Shown here: positions 45,061 through 53,830 of the stretch, in pieces
How the letters are laid out: each line of letters opens with the position of its first letter
Position numbering within the stretch: the stretch's first letter is position 1
DNA from: Escherichia coli
Lineage (GTDB): Bacteria; Pseudomonadota; Gammaproteobacteria; Enterobacterales; Enterobacteriaceae
Length of the DNA stretch: 64,000 nucleotides
Strand: one strand, 5' to 3'
Assembly (NCBI RefSeq): GCF_024502345.1
Contig: NZ_JALDNN010000001.1
Made by a program: the position numbers and the translations under genes
The notes under the pieces: model-generated
What the model saw: the letters and a program-made list of their open reading frames with translations, nothing else
Database searches by the model: none
What the model was told of the DNA's origin: nothing

Positions 45061-46788
45061 ATGGAAAAAAAGAATCAATGGAATACCGGCTACTGGATCG
45101 TTGCCCTCCTGCTGTTGTTGAGTTTGCAGAGCTACTGGCAGACGGCGAAAACCGTCGAGCCGGTGCCCTACAGCGAGTTCGAGAAGGCGCTGGCCGAGGG
45201 GCGCGTGGCCGAAGTGCTGGTGTCGGATCGTACGGTGACCGGGCGCCTGAAGTCGCCGGACAGCCGGGGCAAGACGACGATCGTGGCAACGAGGGTCGAA
45301 CCCGATCTTGCCGATCGCCTGTCGAAGTACGACGTGCCCTATGCCCGCGTGTTGGAGAGCACCTGGCTGCGCGATGTGCTGTCGTGGATCCTGCCAGCGG
45401 TAGCCTTCTTTGGCGTCTGGTTCTTCCTGTTCCGCCGCTTCGCCGAGAAGCAGGGCATGGGCGGGTTTCTCAACATCGGTAAGAGCCGCGCCAAGGTGTT
45501 CGTGGAAAAGAACACCGGTGTGACGTTCGCCGATGTCGCGGGGGGGGATGAGGCCAAGGCGGAGCTGGTCGAGATCGTCGATTTCCTGAAGAATCCGCAG
45601 GACTATGGCCGTCTCGGGGCGCGCATTCCCAAGGGCGTGTTGCTGGTCGGCCCACCGGGCACCGGCAAGACATTGCTGGCCAAGGCTGTTGTCGGCGAGG
45701 CGGCGGTGCCCTTCTTCTCCATCTCCGGATCAGAGTTTGTCGAGATGTTCGTCGGCGTGGGTGCGGGCCGCACGCGCGGCGTCGGCGGCCACGACGAGAG
45801 CGAGCAGACCCTCAACCAACTGCTCACGGAGATGGACGGCTTCGACAGCTCGGTCGGGCTGATCATCCTCGCCGCCACCAACCGCCCCGAAATCCTCGAC
45901 CAGGCTCTGCTGCGTGCCGGCCGCTTCGACCGCCAGGTGCTGGTGGACCGGCCCGACAAGAAGGGGCGGCTGGACATCCTGAAGGTTCATGTCAAGAAGG
46001 TGACGCTGGCCCAGGATGTAGACCTCGAACAGGTAGCAGCACTGACCACGGGCTTTTCCGGCGCGGACCTCGCCAATAGGGTCAACAAGGCGGCGCTGGC
46101 GGCGAGGAGACGCCGTGCGTCCGCCGTGGAATTGCAGGACTTCACCGCGACCATCGAGCGCATCGTGGCGGGCCTGGAAAAGAAGAGCCGCGTGCTCAAT
46201 CCCAAGGAGCGGGAAACCGTGGCCCATCACGAGATGGGCCATGCGCTGGTGGCGCTGGCGCTGCCCGAAACCGACCCCGTACACAAGATCTCGATCATCC
46301 CGCGCGGCATCGGCGCGCTGGGCTACACCTTGCAGCGCCCCACCGAAGACCGCTTCCTGATGACGCGTACCGATCTCGAGCACAAGATCGCCGTACTGCT
46401 GGGCGGGCGTGCCGCCGAAAAGCTGGTGTTCGGCGAGTTGTCTACCGGGGCGGCGGACGATCTGGCGCGAGCCACCGACATCGCCCGCGACATGATCACC
46501 CGCTTTGGCATGGACGAGGGCCTGGGCTACATCGCCTTCGAGGCGCAGCGGCCCCGCTTTCTCGATACACCGGAACTGGCCCACGGCGGTTGCCGGGTGG
46601 CCGAATCGACCCAGGCGCGCATCGATCAGGCTATCCGCGACATCGTGATGGGCGTGTTCGAGCGCGCCTACCGGATTCTCGACATCTACCGCGCGGTGCT
46701 GGAGCGCTGCGCGCGCGAGCTGCTGGCGCGGGAAGCGCTCGACGAAAGCGATATCCGTCAATTGACTCAAGGACTTGTTCGGAACTGA
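45061..46788 (+). CDS. ftsH: FtsH-like membrane AAA+ zinc metalloprotease with the Walker B segment missing
   Basis: 575 aa. It has two N-terminal TM segments, Walker A GPPGTGKT, the second region of homology [22 protein letters not shown], and the zinc motif HEMGHAL. Between FVGVGA and GGHDE there are only 7 residues (GRTRGVG). Confidence 0.85.
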   Translation: MEKKNQWNTGYWIVALLLLLSLQSYWQTAKTVEPVPYSEFEKALAEGRVAEVLVSDRTVTGRLKSPDSRGKTTIVATRVEPDLADRLSKYDVPYARVLESTWLRDVLSWILPAVAFFGVWFFLFRRFAEKQGMGGFLNIGKSRAKVFVEKNTGVTFADVAGGDEAKAELVEIVDFLKNPQDYGRLGARIPKGVLLVGPPGTGKTLLAKAVVGEAAVPFFSISGSEFVEMFVGVGAGRTRGVGGHDESEQTLNQLLTEMDGFDSSVGLIILAATNRPEILDQALLRAGRFDRQVLVDRPDKKGRLDILKVHVKKVTLAQDVDLEQVAALTTGFSGADLANRVNKAALAARRRRASAVELQDFTATIERIVAGLEKKSRVLNPKERETVAHHEMGHALVALALPETDPVHKISIIPRGIGALGYTLQRPTEDRFLMTRTDLEHKIAVLLGGRAAEKLVFGELSTGAADDLARATDIARDMITRFGMDEGLGYIAFEAQRPRFLDTPELAHGGCRVAESTQARIDQAIRDIVMGVFERAYRILDIYRAVLERCARELLAREALDESDIRQLTQGLVRN

Positions 46789-46875
46789 AAACAGTAGTAG
46801 GTGCCATTCAGAGTAAACCGACGGCTCTGTTCAGTGCGTCATCCAATTCGTCGGCATTGTTCAAGGAGAACCGAT

Positions 46876-47334
46876 ATGTCTGCATTGACTCCGTGGGACC
46901 CCTTCCGGGAACTGGATGAATTGCAAAACCGCCTGGCGACGATGTTCGGACGAATACCCCAGCGACAGGGCGCCCGTACCGGCAACGAAGCCATGACCAC
47001 GGCGGACTGGGCACCAATGGCGGACATCAGCGAGGATGAGAACGCATTCCTCCTCAAGCTGGATCTGCCGGAGGTCCCCAAGGATGCCGTGCGCGTCAGC
47101 GCGGAAAACGGTGTGCTCACCATCAGCGGCGAGCGCAAACTGGAAAAAGAGGAGCAGGGCAAGAAGTTCCACCGCATCGAACGTGCGTATGGCCGCTTTG
47201 TGCGCAGCTTTGTCTTGCCTGACAACGTTGATCCGACCAAGGTGACGGCTTCCATGAAAGACGGCGTACTGGAAGTGCGGCTTGTCAAGGCCGAGCAAGC
47301 CAAACCGAAACAGATTGAAATCTCAGTCAACTAA
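46876..47334 (+). CDS. small heat-shock protein, Hsp20 family (LHR sHSP-GI)
   Basis: The ATG at 46876 follows aaggaga. The protein reads MSALTPWDPFRELDELQNRLATMFGR...ADISEDENAFLLKLDLPEVPKDAVRVSAENGVLTISGERK (152 aa). Confidence 0.9.
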   Translation: MSALTPWDPFRELDELQNRLATMFGRIPQRQGARTGNEAMTTADWAPMADISEDENAFLLKLDLPEVPKDAVRVSAENGVLTISGERKLEKEEQGKKFHRIERAYGRFVRSFVLPDNVDPTKVTASMKDGVLEVRLVKAEQAKPKQIEISVN

Positions 47335-47356
47335 CTTCAATCAGGAGCCCAAGATC

Positions 47357-48271
47357 ATGAATATCAAACAGCCACAATACACCTTCTCCGCACTTGCCCT
47401 GGCGGTCGTCGTCGGACTGAGCGGACCGGCTCTGGCCCAATCGGCGGCAGGTTCTAGCCCAGGTGCTGCAGCCCCCTCTGCCGCATCCAAGGCGGCACAG
47501 CCACAAGTAGATGACAAGGCCGCCCGGGAAGCCGATAAAAAGCGTGCCGAGCTCACTCAAGACGCCATCACGGCGCTCACCAAGACCCAGGAGGCTTTGA
47601 CCCTCCTTGATGCAAAGAAGACCAAGGAGGCGCTTGCTGCGCTGGAACTGGCCAGCGGAAAGCTGGAACTGGTATTGGCACGTGACGCCAAACTTGCTTT
47701 GGCGCCGGTCGATGTACGCGTCATCACCCACGATATCCACGCCAACGTGGAATCGGTAAAGAAAGCGGTCAAGTTGTCTCGGGAGTTGTTGGGTGATGGC
47801 GAGGTGCAAAAGGCCCGGCCCATCGTTGCCAATCTGGCCAGCGAAATCGTAATCCAAACCGACAACCTTCCGATGGCAACGTACCCGGCAGCGATCAAGT
47901 CGGCCGCACGGCTCATCGACAGCGGCAAGATCGACAACGCCAAAGCGGAACTCGCCCGAGCACTGAACACGCTGGTGGTGACCTCGGTCGCCTTTCCTCT
48001 GCCCGTGCTACGGGCCGAAGCCGCGATGGCAAAAGCTGAAAAGCTGGCCGAGACCGACAGGCGCGATGCCAAGCAGAACGAGGAGCTCAGCACCTTGCTG
48101 TCGTCCGTGCGCACGGAGATCGAGATGGCGCAGATCCTGGGTTATGGCAAGAAGGCGGACTTCAAACCCATTTTCGATCAGGTGAAGTCCATTGAGCAAA
48201 AGTCGGCTGGTGGCAAAAGCGGCAAGGGATGGTTCGACGAGTTGAAGACGCGCATCCAAAAGCTGTTTTGA
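47357..48271 (+). CDS. yfdX1: YfdX-family periplasmic protein 1
   Basis: The ATG at 47357 follows aggag. It has a signal peptide, MNIKQPQYTFSALALAVVVGLSGPALAQ, and is a paralogue of the next gene (shared ...LELVLARD...V.QAR....LASEIVI...P.A.YP.A.K). Confidence 0.85.
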   Translation: MNIKQPQYTFSALALAVVVGLSGPALAQSAAGSSPGAAAPSAASKAAQPQVDDKAAREADKKRAELTQDAITALTKTQEALTLLDAKKTKEALAALELASGKLELVLARDAKLALAPVDVRVITHDIHANVESVKKAVKLSRELLGDGEVQKARPIVANLASEIVIQTDNLPMATYPAAIKSAARLIDSGKIDNAKAELARALNTLVVTSVAFPLPVLRAEAAMAKAEKLAETDRRDAKQNEELSTLLSSVRTEIEMAQILGYGKKADFKPIFDQVKSIEQKSAGGKSGKGWFDELKTRIQKLF

Positions 48272-48373
48272 GGTGATGAAGGGGCTGACTGCTCTGTCGG
48301 TCAGTCTCGCGATGTTCGCATTCAGCCCCAACAGATTCGCCTATTTTCACTATCTCATACGAGGCATATCACC

Positions 48374-49261
48374 ATGAATGAGCAAACACCGAATCCCAAT
48401 GCGACGAACGAAGGAATAAACGAACAAGCCGCGGTAAGCAGCCTTCCTGTCAGTCCAGAGTCCAAGCCTGAAGTCGTCACGGAGGTACAGCCTGAGGTTC
48501 AGAAAGAAACGGACTCGCAGGCGGCAGACAAACGTAAACAAGTCCTCGATGAGGCAGTCTCGGCCTTGTCGCTGACCAAATCAGCGCTGGCCGCACTTGA
48601 CGGCAAGGACACTGCACGCGCATTGGCAACGCTGGCCGAAGTGACGGGAAAGCTGGAGCTGATCGTCGCGCGCGAACCCACGCTCGCCCTGGCCGGCGTT
48701 GATGTGCGCACCATCGTGCACGACTTGTTCGCCAACACGGAAACCATTGAGGCGATGACCGACGAGGCGCTGGATGCCCTCAAACATGGCGAGGTGCAAC
48801 AGGCTCGCCACGTGCTGGCTTTGCTGGCCAGTGAAATCGTGATCACGGTCACCAACATCCCTTTGGCGTCCTATCCCGCAGCCGTGAAGGCAGTCGTGCC
48901 GCTGATCGATCAGGGCAAGATCGAAGAAGCCAAAGCCGCGCTGCAGTCAGCGCTCAGCACGCTGGTCGAGGAGCGCAGCGTGCTTCCGCTGCCCGTCCTG
49001 CGTGCGAAGCTGCTCCTGAAGCGCGCCGAGCCTCTGGTAGAAGATGGTCAGCGCAGCGAAGCATCCAATGAGCGCCTGGAGACATTGTTGAACGAAGCCC
49101 GGCAGCAGTTGGAAATGGCAGAACTGCTGGGCTATGGAAAAAGGAAGGACTTTGAGCCCCTGTACGCTGAACTCAAGAAAATCAAGGAAAAGACGGGAGG
49201 GGGAGGCTTCGGAAAAGGCTGGCTCGATGAAGTCAAGGCAAAACTGTCCAGGTTGTTCTGA
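48374..49261 (+). CDS. yfdX2: YfdX-family protein 2, with no signal peptide in this frame
   Basis: 295 aa. It is homologous to YfdX1 over the C-terminal ~230 aa. The N-terminus MNEQTPNPNATNEGINEQAAV is hydrophilic. Confidence 0.8.
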   Translation: MNEQTPNPNATNEGINEQAAVSSLPVSPESKPEVVTEVQPEVQKETDSQAADKRKQVLDEAVSALSLTKSALAALDGKDTARALATLAEVTGKLELIVAREPTLALAGVDVRTIVHDLFANTETIEAMTDEALDALKHGEVQQARHVLALLASEIVITVTNIPLASYPAAVKAVVPLIDQGKIEEAKAALQSALSTLVEERSVLPLPVLRAKLLLKRAEPLVEDGQRSEASNERLETLLNEARQQLEMAELLGYGKRKDFEPLYAELKKIKEKTGGGGFGKGWLDEVKAKLSRLF

Positions 49262-49269
49262 AACCGCTG

Positions 49270-49330
49270 GAGAGGGGGCGCATAGTGCCCCCTCTCTTGT
49301 CCCATGAGTGTTTGATTTTTTATTTTGTAT
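49270..49330 (+). terminator. Rho-independent terminator candidate after yfdX2
   Basis: A 10-bp stem (gagagggggc / gccccctctc) with a 7-nt loop, followed about 20 nt later by tttgattttttatttt. Confidence 0.55.
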
Positions 49331-49350
49331 AGATCTTTAGGAGATATTGC

Positions 49351-49962
49351 ATGAACACAGACACCATCACCGATTCCAGTGCGGATGACCCCACCAAAGC
49401 ACTGTGTTCGCTTAGCCAAAATTGGTGGCTTTTTGTGCTGCGCGGTGTCTTGGCATTGATTTTTGCAGCCCTCGCGTTCTGGATGCCACAATCGGCTCTG
49501 TTGGCCATGACCATCATGTTCGGCGCATTTTCCTTGGTCAATGGCGCGTTCAACTTGTTTGCAGCGGTGCGCCATATCCAGAAAAAAGAGCGCTGGGGCT
49601 GGTTGTTGTTCAGCGGCATTGTCGGCATACTTACGGGCGTCGTCGTCCTGGTTGCTCCTTGGGTCGCCACGATAGTCTTGGCTTCTTTTTTATGGGCTAG
49701 CGTGGGCTTCTGGGCGATTTTCACCGGTGTGCTGGAGATATCTGCCGCCGTTCGGCTGCGTCGGGAAATCAAGGGTGAAATCTGGCTTGCCCTCAGTGGA
49801 CTGCTCTCGATTATCCTTGGTGCTATCGTCTTGTGGATATTTTTTACCCGTCCGGTCGAGTCATTCGTGGCCGCAGGCTGGCTGTTGGGTTTCCATGCGG
49901 CAGTCTATGGCGTCACGCTTTTGTTCTTGAGTTGGAGTCTTCGCAAAACGCGCCTGGGGTAA
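49351..49962 (+). CDS. hdeD: HdeD-like acid-resistance membrane protein
   Basis: 203 aa with about six hydrophobic helices. The protein reads WWLFVLRGVLALIFAALAFWMPQSALLAMTIMFGAFSLVNGAFNL. Confidence 0.8.
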   Translation: MNTDTITDSSADDPTKALCSLSQNWWLFVLRGVLALIFAALAFWMPQSALLAMTIMFGAFSLVNGAFNLFAAVRHIQKKERWGWLLFSGIVGILTGVVVLVAPWVATIVLASFLWASVGFWAIFTGVLEISAAVRLRREIKGEIWLALSGLLSIILGAIVLWIFFTRPVESFVAAGWLLGFHAAVYGVTLLFLSWSLRKTRLG

Positions 49963-50041
49963 GAGCGTGCCAAACCAAAATCTATGGATATGAGCATCCT
50001 CGATTCATGCCTCCATAGAAATGACATCGAAGGAGTCATAC

Positions 50042-51187
50042 ATGCAGATACAATATAGCTATCGAGCTATCGACAAAGAGTTTCATGAACCTTGGCAGAG
50101 AGCTTTGGGAAATGTGATCGAGCACGCCCTCAAGCCATTGCTCGACAAACACACTAAAGATTCAGCGCGACTTCAAATCGTCCTTGATCGCGACAAGATC
50201 AAGCGGCAATTTCTGGCCAGTGGCTATATGCACCTGCCCGGCAAAAAGATTGTCAGCGTTACTGCATCACATGACGAGCTGACGCCCCTCGCGCAGATGC
50301 TCGCACAGTCGTTGTTCCGTCAGGCCAAGAAGCATTTTGACCGACTGCATGCTCAGGATCAAATCAAGCGCAAAGCACGACGCGAGCGCTTGCGCGAGCT
50401 CAAGGTGCGGATTGCCGCAAAACCCGCATCAGCCGCCCATGAGGCCGAGGTGACCCGAATGCCTCTACTGTCGAAACTTGAGGCTGTCGCAAGGCGTGAG
50501 CTGGCTTATCTGCGGGCCGTCGGCGATTTACCGCGCGATTATCCGACGCTGCGCGACGTGGTGGATGAAGCGATTGTCCGAGCTAAGGTGGAATGGCAAT
50601 CCGTGCCGGGGGAAAAAGAGGCTTACACCGGTCTTTTGAAGCATCTGTTCGCCGTCCTGGATAACGAAGTGGCAAGCAGCCGGCAATTTGGCGAATTCGT
50701 TTCTCTGGACGCGCCGGTCGAACCGGATGCCCAAGACGTGGCCGAGGCCATGGTGGAAGAGGAAATCTTCGAATTTTATCAGCACGATGACACACTCAAG
50801 CTGGCCGATATTTTCGCTGGCAGTCAGCATCCCGATGTCGCAACGATCGCGGAACAGGAGGAGCTGATTGATCGGTCGAGCGAGTTCGCTTTTGCATTTG
50901 ACCTGCTGAAGGACATGCCGCGTTTGTGGCGGCGCATTTTTCTGCTTATCCGTGTGGACGGGCTGAATGCCAGCAGCGTCTCTGAAATCCTGCTGATTCC
51001 TAGTAAGGAAGATGCTGTCCAAAGGTGGCTCATGCAGGCCGAAGCATTCATCGCTGCTCATCTGGAAGAGGCCGGAGTAAGCAAAAACGGGAACGATTGG
51101 CTCCAAGGCGTTGATTGGCCGGCATTGTCTGTGACCCGAAGCGAGGCAGCCTCACTGTGGTCCAAGGAGGCGAACCATGAAGAATGA
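50042..51187 (+). CDS. uncharacterised LHR orf11, with an HPF-like N-terminal region and a sigma-70-like C-terminal region (by eye)
   Basis: The ATG at 50042 follows aaggag. It is 381 aa and its stop overlaps the trx start. See the findings for the domain argument. Confidence 0.6.
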   Translation: MQIQYSYRAIDKEFHEPWQRALGNVIEHALKPLLDKHTKDSARLQIVLDRDKIKRQFLASGYMHLPGKKIVSVTASHDELTPLAQMLAQSLFRQAKKHFDRLHAQDQIKRKARRERLRELKVRIAAKPASAAHEAEVTRMPLLSKLEAVARRELAYLRAVGDLPRDYPTLRDVVDEAIVRAKVEWQSVPGEKEAYTGLLKHLFAVLDNEVASSRQFGEFVSLDAPVEPDAQDVAEAMVEEEIFEFYQHDDTLKLADIFAGSQHPDVATIAEQEELIDRSSEFAFAFDLLKDMPRLWRRIFLLIRVDGLNASSVSEILLIPSKEDAVQRWLMQAEAFIAAHLEEAGVSKNGNDWLQGVDWPALSVTRSEAASLWSKEANHEE

Positions 51188-51617
51188 TCTTCACCTCGTC
51201 TGCCCGCATTGCCAGTCCATCAACCGCGTACCGACTGCGAAGCTATCGGAACATCCCAACTGTGGCCGCTGCCAGCAGCCCTTGTTCACGGGCGAGCCCA
51301 TCGAGTTGACCACGGCGACGTTCTCGCGCCACGTGGAGCGCAGCGATCTGCCGCTGCTGGTCGATTTCTGGGCGCCATGGTGCGGGCCGTGCAAGATGAT
51401 GGCGCCACAGTTCCAGCAAGCGGCGCACCAGCTCGAACCGACGATCCGGCTGGCGAAGGTGAATACCGAGGCTGAGCCCCACCTGGCCGCGCAGTTCGGT
51501 ATCCGCAGCATCCCGACGCTCGCCCTGTTCCAGGGTGGGCGGGAGATCGCCCGTCAGGCCGGCGTGATGGGCGCGCAGGACATCGTGCGCTGGACGTCGA
51601 CGCAAGTGGGACGCTGA
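51177..51617 (+). CDS. trx: thioredoxin 2-like protein (N-terminal zinc-finger CxxC pairs plus WCGPC)
   Basis: The protein reads MKNDLHLVCPHCQSINRVPTAKLSEHPNCGRCQQPLF...FWAPWCGPCKMMAP (146 aa). Confidence 0.9.
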   Translation: MKNDLHLVCPHCQSINRVPTAKLSEHPNCGRCQQPLFTGEPIELTTATFSRHVERSDLPLLVDFWAPWCGPCKMMAPQFQQAAHQLEPTIRLAKVNTEAEPHLAAQFGIRSIPTLALFQGGREIARQAGVMGAQDIVRWTSTQVGR

Positions 51618-51620
51618 CCG

Positions 51621-53336
51621 ATGCAGGGCTTGCTCGGCACTACGCTAATCCTGCTGGCGGCTTGCAGCCTGGCGGCGATGGCGACGGCGGCGTTCAGAGT
51701 GCCCGCCTTGCTGGGGTATCTCTCTGTCGGCGTTGTACTGGGCCCCTCAGTCATCGGCGTGATCGCGCCGGGGGAGACGCTGAGCTTTCTGTCCGAGCTG
51801 GGCGTGGCGCTGCTGTTGTTCATGGTCGGACTGGAATTCTCCCTCGGAGACTTCTGGCTCGCCCGCAGGACGGTGCTGATGGCGGGCGCTCTGCAGATGA
51901 TCGCCGTGGCCCCGCCGCTGATCCTGCTATTGATGTGGCTGGGGCAGCCCGGCCAGAGCGCCGCGCTGCTCGGCACTGCGGCGGCCATGTCGTCCACGGC
52001 GCTGGTCAGCCGACAACTGGCCGACCAAGGCGAGCTCACCACCCGCCACGGACGCAGTGCCATCGCCGTGCTGGTCTTTCAGGACCTGGCCAGCGTGCCC
52101 CTGCTGGCCTTGCTGGCGATCTGGGCGCGCGGCGACTCGCCGAAGATCGAGCATGTGCTGCTCGAAGTATTCGGTGTGCTGCTGCTGTTCGCGGCAGCGG
52201 CCCTCGCCTCGCGCCGTCTGTTGCATGGCCTGCTGGGCTGGGTGGCGCGGCGGGGCCACGAGGAATCGTTCGTGCTCGTCTCCTTGTGCGTGGTGGTGGC
52301 CGCCGCCGCCGCTGCGCACGCGGTCGGCGTATCTGCCGCCCTGGGGGCCTTCCTCGCCGGGATGGTGCTGGGCGAGAGCGACTTCCGGCACCACATGGAA
52401 AGCCACCTCAGGCCGTTTCGCGATGTGTTGTCGGGCGTGTTCTTCGTGACCATCGGCCTGCAACTGGACGCAGCACAGATTCTTTCGGCACCGCTGGCGG
52501 TGCTGGCGTGGCTGGTGGTGCTGGTACCGGTCAAGATCCTGCTCAATACACTGGCCTTGCGGGCGACGCGCCTGTCCGCCCTCGATGCCTGGCGCACGGG
52601 CATAGCGTTGGGGCACGGCGGCGAGTTCGCCCTGCTGTTGTTGGGCACGGTCTTGCAGCAGCATCTGATCCCCGCGACCGTCGTCCAACCCATGCTGGTC
52701 GCGCTGGTGCTCAGCATGGCCCTGGCACCGCTACTGATCCGCCATCACGATGTACTTGCCCGGTTCTTGAGCCGCACCGGCGGCGTCATTCAGCCACCCC
52801 AGGCTGAAGAAGTCGAGATCGCCGCGCAGACGACGCGATATCGAGACCATGTCATCATTTGCGGCGCGGGCGAGCTTGGCCTGACAGTCAGCGAGATTCT
52901 TCGCCACGCCGGCGTGGCGCATCTGCTGCTGGAGGCGGACGCGCAGAAGGTCGAGGCCGCGCGTGCCGCCGGCGCGCCGGTGTTCCATGCCGATGCCAGT
53001 CGGCCCGATACCTTGCTGGCTGCCGGCTTGACGCATGCACACTTGGTGGTGCTGACGTTCGCCCATGCCCAGCAAGCGTTGCGCATCGCCCAGGCGATTG
53101 CCGAGCACCGTCCGGCGCTGACCTTGTGGGTGTCATGCAGAAGTACGACCGCGGCCGATGCATTTCGCGCCATGCCCAACGTGCGCGTGTATCAGCAATC
53201 CTTTGCCGCAGCTATTGGGCTGGCGGAACAGGTGATGTCGACGCTTGGCATGTCGACCGAGCTGATTGAAGGACACATCAGCGCAATGCGCCGCCGTCTC
53301 GACAGCAGCCGTTTTCCAGGGAGTTCATCGTCATGA
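51621..53336 (+). CDS. kefB: KefB/KefC-type monovalent cation:proton antiporter with a C-terminal TrkA-N (Rossmann) domain
   Basis: 571 aa. The polytopic N-terminal two-thirds is followed by VIICGAGELGLTVSEILRHAG. Confidence 0.85.
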   Translation: MQGLLGTTLILLAACSLAAMATAAFRVPALLGYLSVGVVLGPSVIGVIAPGETLSFLSELGVALLLFMVGLEFSLGDFWLARRTVLMAGALQMIAVAPPLILLLMWLGQPGQSAALLGTAAAMSSTALVSRQLADQGELTTRHGRSAIAVLVFQDLASVPLLALLAIWARGDSPKIEHVLLEVFGVLLLFAAAALASRRLLHGLLGWVARRGHEESFVLVSLCVVVAAAAAAHAVGVSAALGAFLAGMVLGESDFRHHMESHLRPFRDVLSGVFFVTIGLQLDAAQILSAPLAVLAWLVVLVPVKILLNTLALRATRLSALDAWRTGIALGHGGEFALLLLGTVLQQHLIPATVVQPMLVALVLSMALAPLLIRHHDVLARFLSRTGGVIQPPQAEEVEIAAQTTRYRDHVIICGAGELGLTVSEILRHAGVAHLLLEADAQKVEAARAAGAPVFHADASRPDTLLAAGLTHAHLVVLTFAHAQQALRIAQAIAEHRPALTLWVSCRSTTAADAFRAMPNVRVYQQSFAAAIGLAEQVMSTLGMSTELIEGHISAMRRRLDSSRFPGSSSS

Positions 53337-53830
53337 AATCAACACGCCTTAACCCATTTCAGGTCTTACGTGACCAATTGGCCATCATGAGTTTTTACGA
53401 GCGCTTCGAGCAGGTCGTCGCGCTCGTGCTGTCGGCGGTGATCGCCGTCATCATCGTGGTGTCGCTGTTCCAGCTCATCTCCATCGTCTTCACGCTGCTG
53501 GTTCTAGATGCCTTCAATCCCCTGGACCACGAGGTATTCCAGAGCGTGTTCGGCATGATCATGACGCTCTTGATCGCGATGGAGTTCAAGCATTCCATCG
53601 TGCGCGTGGCGCTGCGTCGGGACAGCATCATCCAGGTCAAGACGGTGGTCCTGATCGCGCTGATCGCACTCTCCCGCAAGTTCGTGATCCTCGACTCCAA
53701 CGCGAGCCCCGCAAAGATAGCCGCGCTGGCTAGCGCCACGCTGGCTCTGGGTGCGACCTACTGGCTGCTGCGCAAGCGCGGCGACCGCGCCGCCGAGACC
53801 TCTGAGCATGACCCGTCATCATCCCAGTGA
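53333..53830 (+). CDS. psiE: PsiE-like phosphate-starvation-inducible membrane protein
   Basis: 165 aa with four hydrophobic segments. Its ATG overlaps the kefB stop (ATGA). Confidence 0.7.
   Translation: MKSTRLNPFQVLRDQLAIMSFYERFEQVVALVLSAVIAVIIVVSLFQLISIVFTLLVLDAFNPLDHEVFQSVFGMIMTLLIAMEFKHSIVRVALRRDSIIQVKTVVLIALIALSRKFVILDSNASPAKIAALASATLALGATYWLLRKRGDRAAETSEHDPSSSQ

Noticed and set aside
45730-46770. A 346-aa minus-strand ORF opposite the ftsH-like gene
   Set aside because: It is the same high-GC antisense artefact. The plus-strand frame carries the HEMGH and AAA+ motifs.
46765-46875. A search for a sigma32 or sigmaE heat-shock promoter upstream of the second sHSP (cttgttc..., and ggaact...tcaga), and upstream of orf1 (ttgact ... 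taatat near 40839-40870)
   Set aside because: The hexamer-like matches exist, but the spacings are wrong: about 20-23 nt where 13-17 nt is expected. I cannot support a promoter call from sequence alone.
51662-52807. A 381-aa plus-strand ORF in an alternative frame inside kefB, together with several 200+ aa minus-strand ORFs in 51.9-53.2 kb
   Set aside because: Their translations are Arg/Gly/Pro-rich with no hydrophobic periodicity. The kefB frame gives a coherent polytopic transporter plus a Rossmann domain.
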